DNA from: an uncultured Pelagibacteraceae bacterium
GTDB lineage: Bacteria > Pseudomonadota > Alphaproteobacteria > Pelagibacterales > Pelagibacteraceae
Length of the DNA stretch: 64,000 bases
Assembly (NCBI GenBank): GCA_902606105.1
Contig: CACLFK010000004.1
Span: 10,255 to 74,254 of the forward strand
Direction: 5' to 3'
The position numbers were made by a program, and so were the translations under genes. Below the pieces are notes generated by a model. It was not told where the DNA came from. It worked only from the letters and a program-made list of their open reading frames with translations, and ran no database searches. The stretch's first letter is position 1, and the number at the start of each line of letters is the position of its first letter. Below, piece by piece: positions 62,668-64,000 of the stretch.

Positions 62668-63560
62668 GATTTTTTTTCTGCTTTCCTCATGAAATATAAA
62701 TATATTAAAGCAAGTACTAGAAGTATTAATAACATTAAGATTGCAGAGGCTGACGCTCTTCCCATTTTAAATGTTGTAAAAGCTTCATAAAACACAAACA
62801 TAGGAAGTGTATTAGTAGTGTCTAGAGGACCTCCATCTGTTAAAATTAAAATAATATCAAATTTATGAAATGTCCAAATTGCTCTGAGTAATGAGCTCAA
62901 AAGAAAAACAGGCAATATATAAGGGAAGGTTATTTTAAAAAACCTTCTCCAAGGACCCGCCCCATCTATTCTAGCTGCTTCGTATAATTCATTAGGTATA
63001 GATTGTAATATACCCAAAACAGCAATTACAATAAAAGGAAATAGTTTCCAAACACTTATCATGATCACTGCAAACATCGCCCAATCTTGGTCACTTAACC
63101 ATCCAATAGGTTCATCGATAATATTTAATTTCATCAAAAAGTGACTAATTATTCCATTAAAATCATCCATCATGAATCGCCATGCGGTTATCGCAACAAT
63201 ACTTGGCATCAAGTAAGGACTTATTATAGCTGCTCTTGCAAAACCTCTAAATTTGAAACTCTCGTTTAAAAGTAATGCCAAACCAAGTCCCAATATCATA
63301 TCTAAACTTACACTGCCAAAAGTCCATATCATCGAGTTTATAAAAGCGTTATGAAAAGAAGGGTCAGATAGAAAAAAAAGATAATTTTTAAATCCTACAA
63401 ATTTTCCCTCAAAACTTCCTGTATCAATTTTTAGAAAACTATTTCTTATAACTATGAGAAGAGGCACAAAAGATAAAAAAAGTATAACTAAAAAACTTGG
63501 AAAAATTGATACATAAGCCAATTTTTTGTCATTAGGATAAATTGCTGTCGCTTTTTCCAT
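62664..63560 (-). CDS. Carbohydrate ABC transporter permease (MalF type)
   Basis: FVGFKNY, LYEAARIDGA, TDGGP; ATG 63560 preferred over TTG 63566. Confidence 0.93.
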   Translation of the reverse strand: MEKATAIYPNDKKLAYVSIFPSFLVILFLSFVPLLIVIRNSFLKIDTGSFEGKFVGFKNYLFFLSDPSFHNAFINSMIWTFGSVSLDMILGLGLALLLNESFKFRGFARAAIISPYLMPSIVAITAWRFMMDDFNGIISHFLMKLNIIDEPIGWLSDQDWAMFAVIMISVWKLFPFIVIAVLGILQSIPNELYEAARIDGAGPWRRFFKITFPYILPVFLLSSLLRAIWTFHKFDIILILTDGGPLDTTNTLPMFVFYEAFTTFKMGRASASAILMLLILLVLALIYLYFMRKAEKKS

Positions 63561-63608
63561 ATTCAACTTTTAATTGAAAGTTTTAAATACACTCTTTATC
63601 TTCTCATC

Positions 63609-63648
63609 AAATAGTTGACTTGTCTACTAAATAGTTGACTTGTCTACT
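63609..63648. repeat. Perfect 2 x 20-bp tandem repeat with internal dyad symmetry, probable operator
   Basis: AAATAGTTGACTTGTCTACT twice; each copy contains AGTTGAC-TT-GTCTACT (one mismatch from a perfect palindrome). Confidence 0.85.
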
Positions 63649-63694
63649 CATTTTGTATTTAATTTATTAACTTAACAAACAATGAGAGGAAATA

Positions 63695-64000
63695 ATGATT
63701 AGGAAATTAAATTTATTTTTTTCAATTTTTACACTAGTAATTTTTTCTTCAAGCACAATAGCGGCAGATAAAGTAGTTACTTTCTTACATGGTGAGACAG
63801 ATACTGAAAGTGTTGTAGCTTATGAAAAGATTGCCAGAGATTTTGAAAAATTAAATCCAGGAATAAAAATAGAAATATCTACAGTTAGTTCAAAAGATAG
63901 ACTTAAAAAAGTCACTGCTATGGGTATGGCTAAAAAGTTACCTACAGTCTTTAAACTTAACCCTGAAGAAAGAAGGTTTTACTCTGATAAAAATTGGGTC
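63695..64000 (+). CDS. Sugar ABC transporter substrate-binding protein (family 1), 5' part; runs off the window edge
   Basis: SD GAGAGGA; hand translation MIRKLNLFFSIFTLVIFSSSTIAADKVVTFLHGETD...FEKLNPGIKIE (signal peptide plus FE..NPGIKI motif). Confidence 0.88.
   Translation, partial: MIRKLNLFFSIFTLVIFSSSTIAADKVVTFLHGETDTESVVAYEKIARDFEKLNPGIKIEISTVSSKDRLKKVTAMGMAKKLPTVFKLNPEERRFYSDKNWV

Noticed and set aside
63609-63648. CRISPR array
   Set aside because: Only two directly adjacent 20-bp copies, no spacers and no cas genes

Overview
Very AT-rich (roughly 30% GC by eye, not computed), extremely gene-dense alphaproteobacterial chromosome segment. Gene content, gene order and minimal spacers point to a Pelagibacterales (SAR11) genome (inference). 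It is mostly core genes: a nucleoside-type ABC transporter, hsp20, ptrB, cfa, tldD/pmbA, typA, groESL, ribF-ileS-lspA, pgi, purD, a lipid A cluster (msbA-waaA-lpxK-lpxL), ubiA, the aa3 cytochrome c oxidase operon, thrC/thrB, ispH, a retinal-synthesis cassette (crtI-crtB-crtY-blh) directly downstream of the F0 ATP synthase genes, smc-dsbA-dciA and mutY. The right end holds a probable accessory sugar-acid uptake/catabolism locus. No rRNA, tRNA, CRISPR array or mobile element was recognised. Most notable observations: (1) an 857-aa SMC with intact ATPase heads but no recognisable hinge or zinc hook; (2) a two-hairpin ROSE-like RNA thermometer plus RpoH promoter ahead of hsp20; (3) a MutY whose 8-oxoG-recognition FSH loop appears replaced, sharing a zero-gap CAT|ATG divergent start with dciA; (4) two small ORFs missed by the ORF track; (5) a protein with a histone-H1-like tail and a long coiled coil; (6) a perfect 20-bp tandem palindromic operator; (7) +1 homopolymer frameshifts in pgi and purD that are probably sequencing errors.
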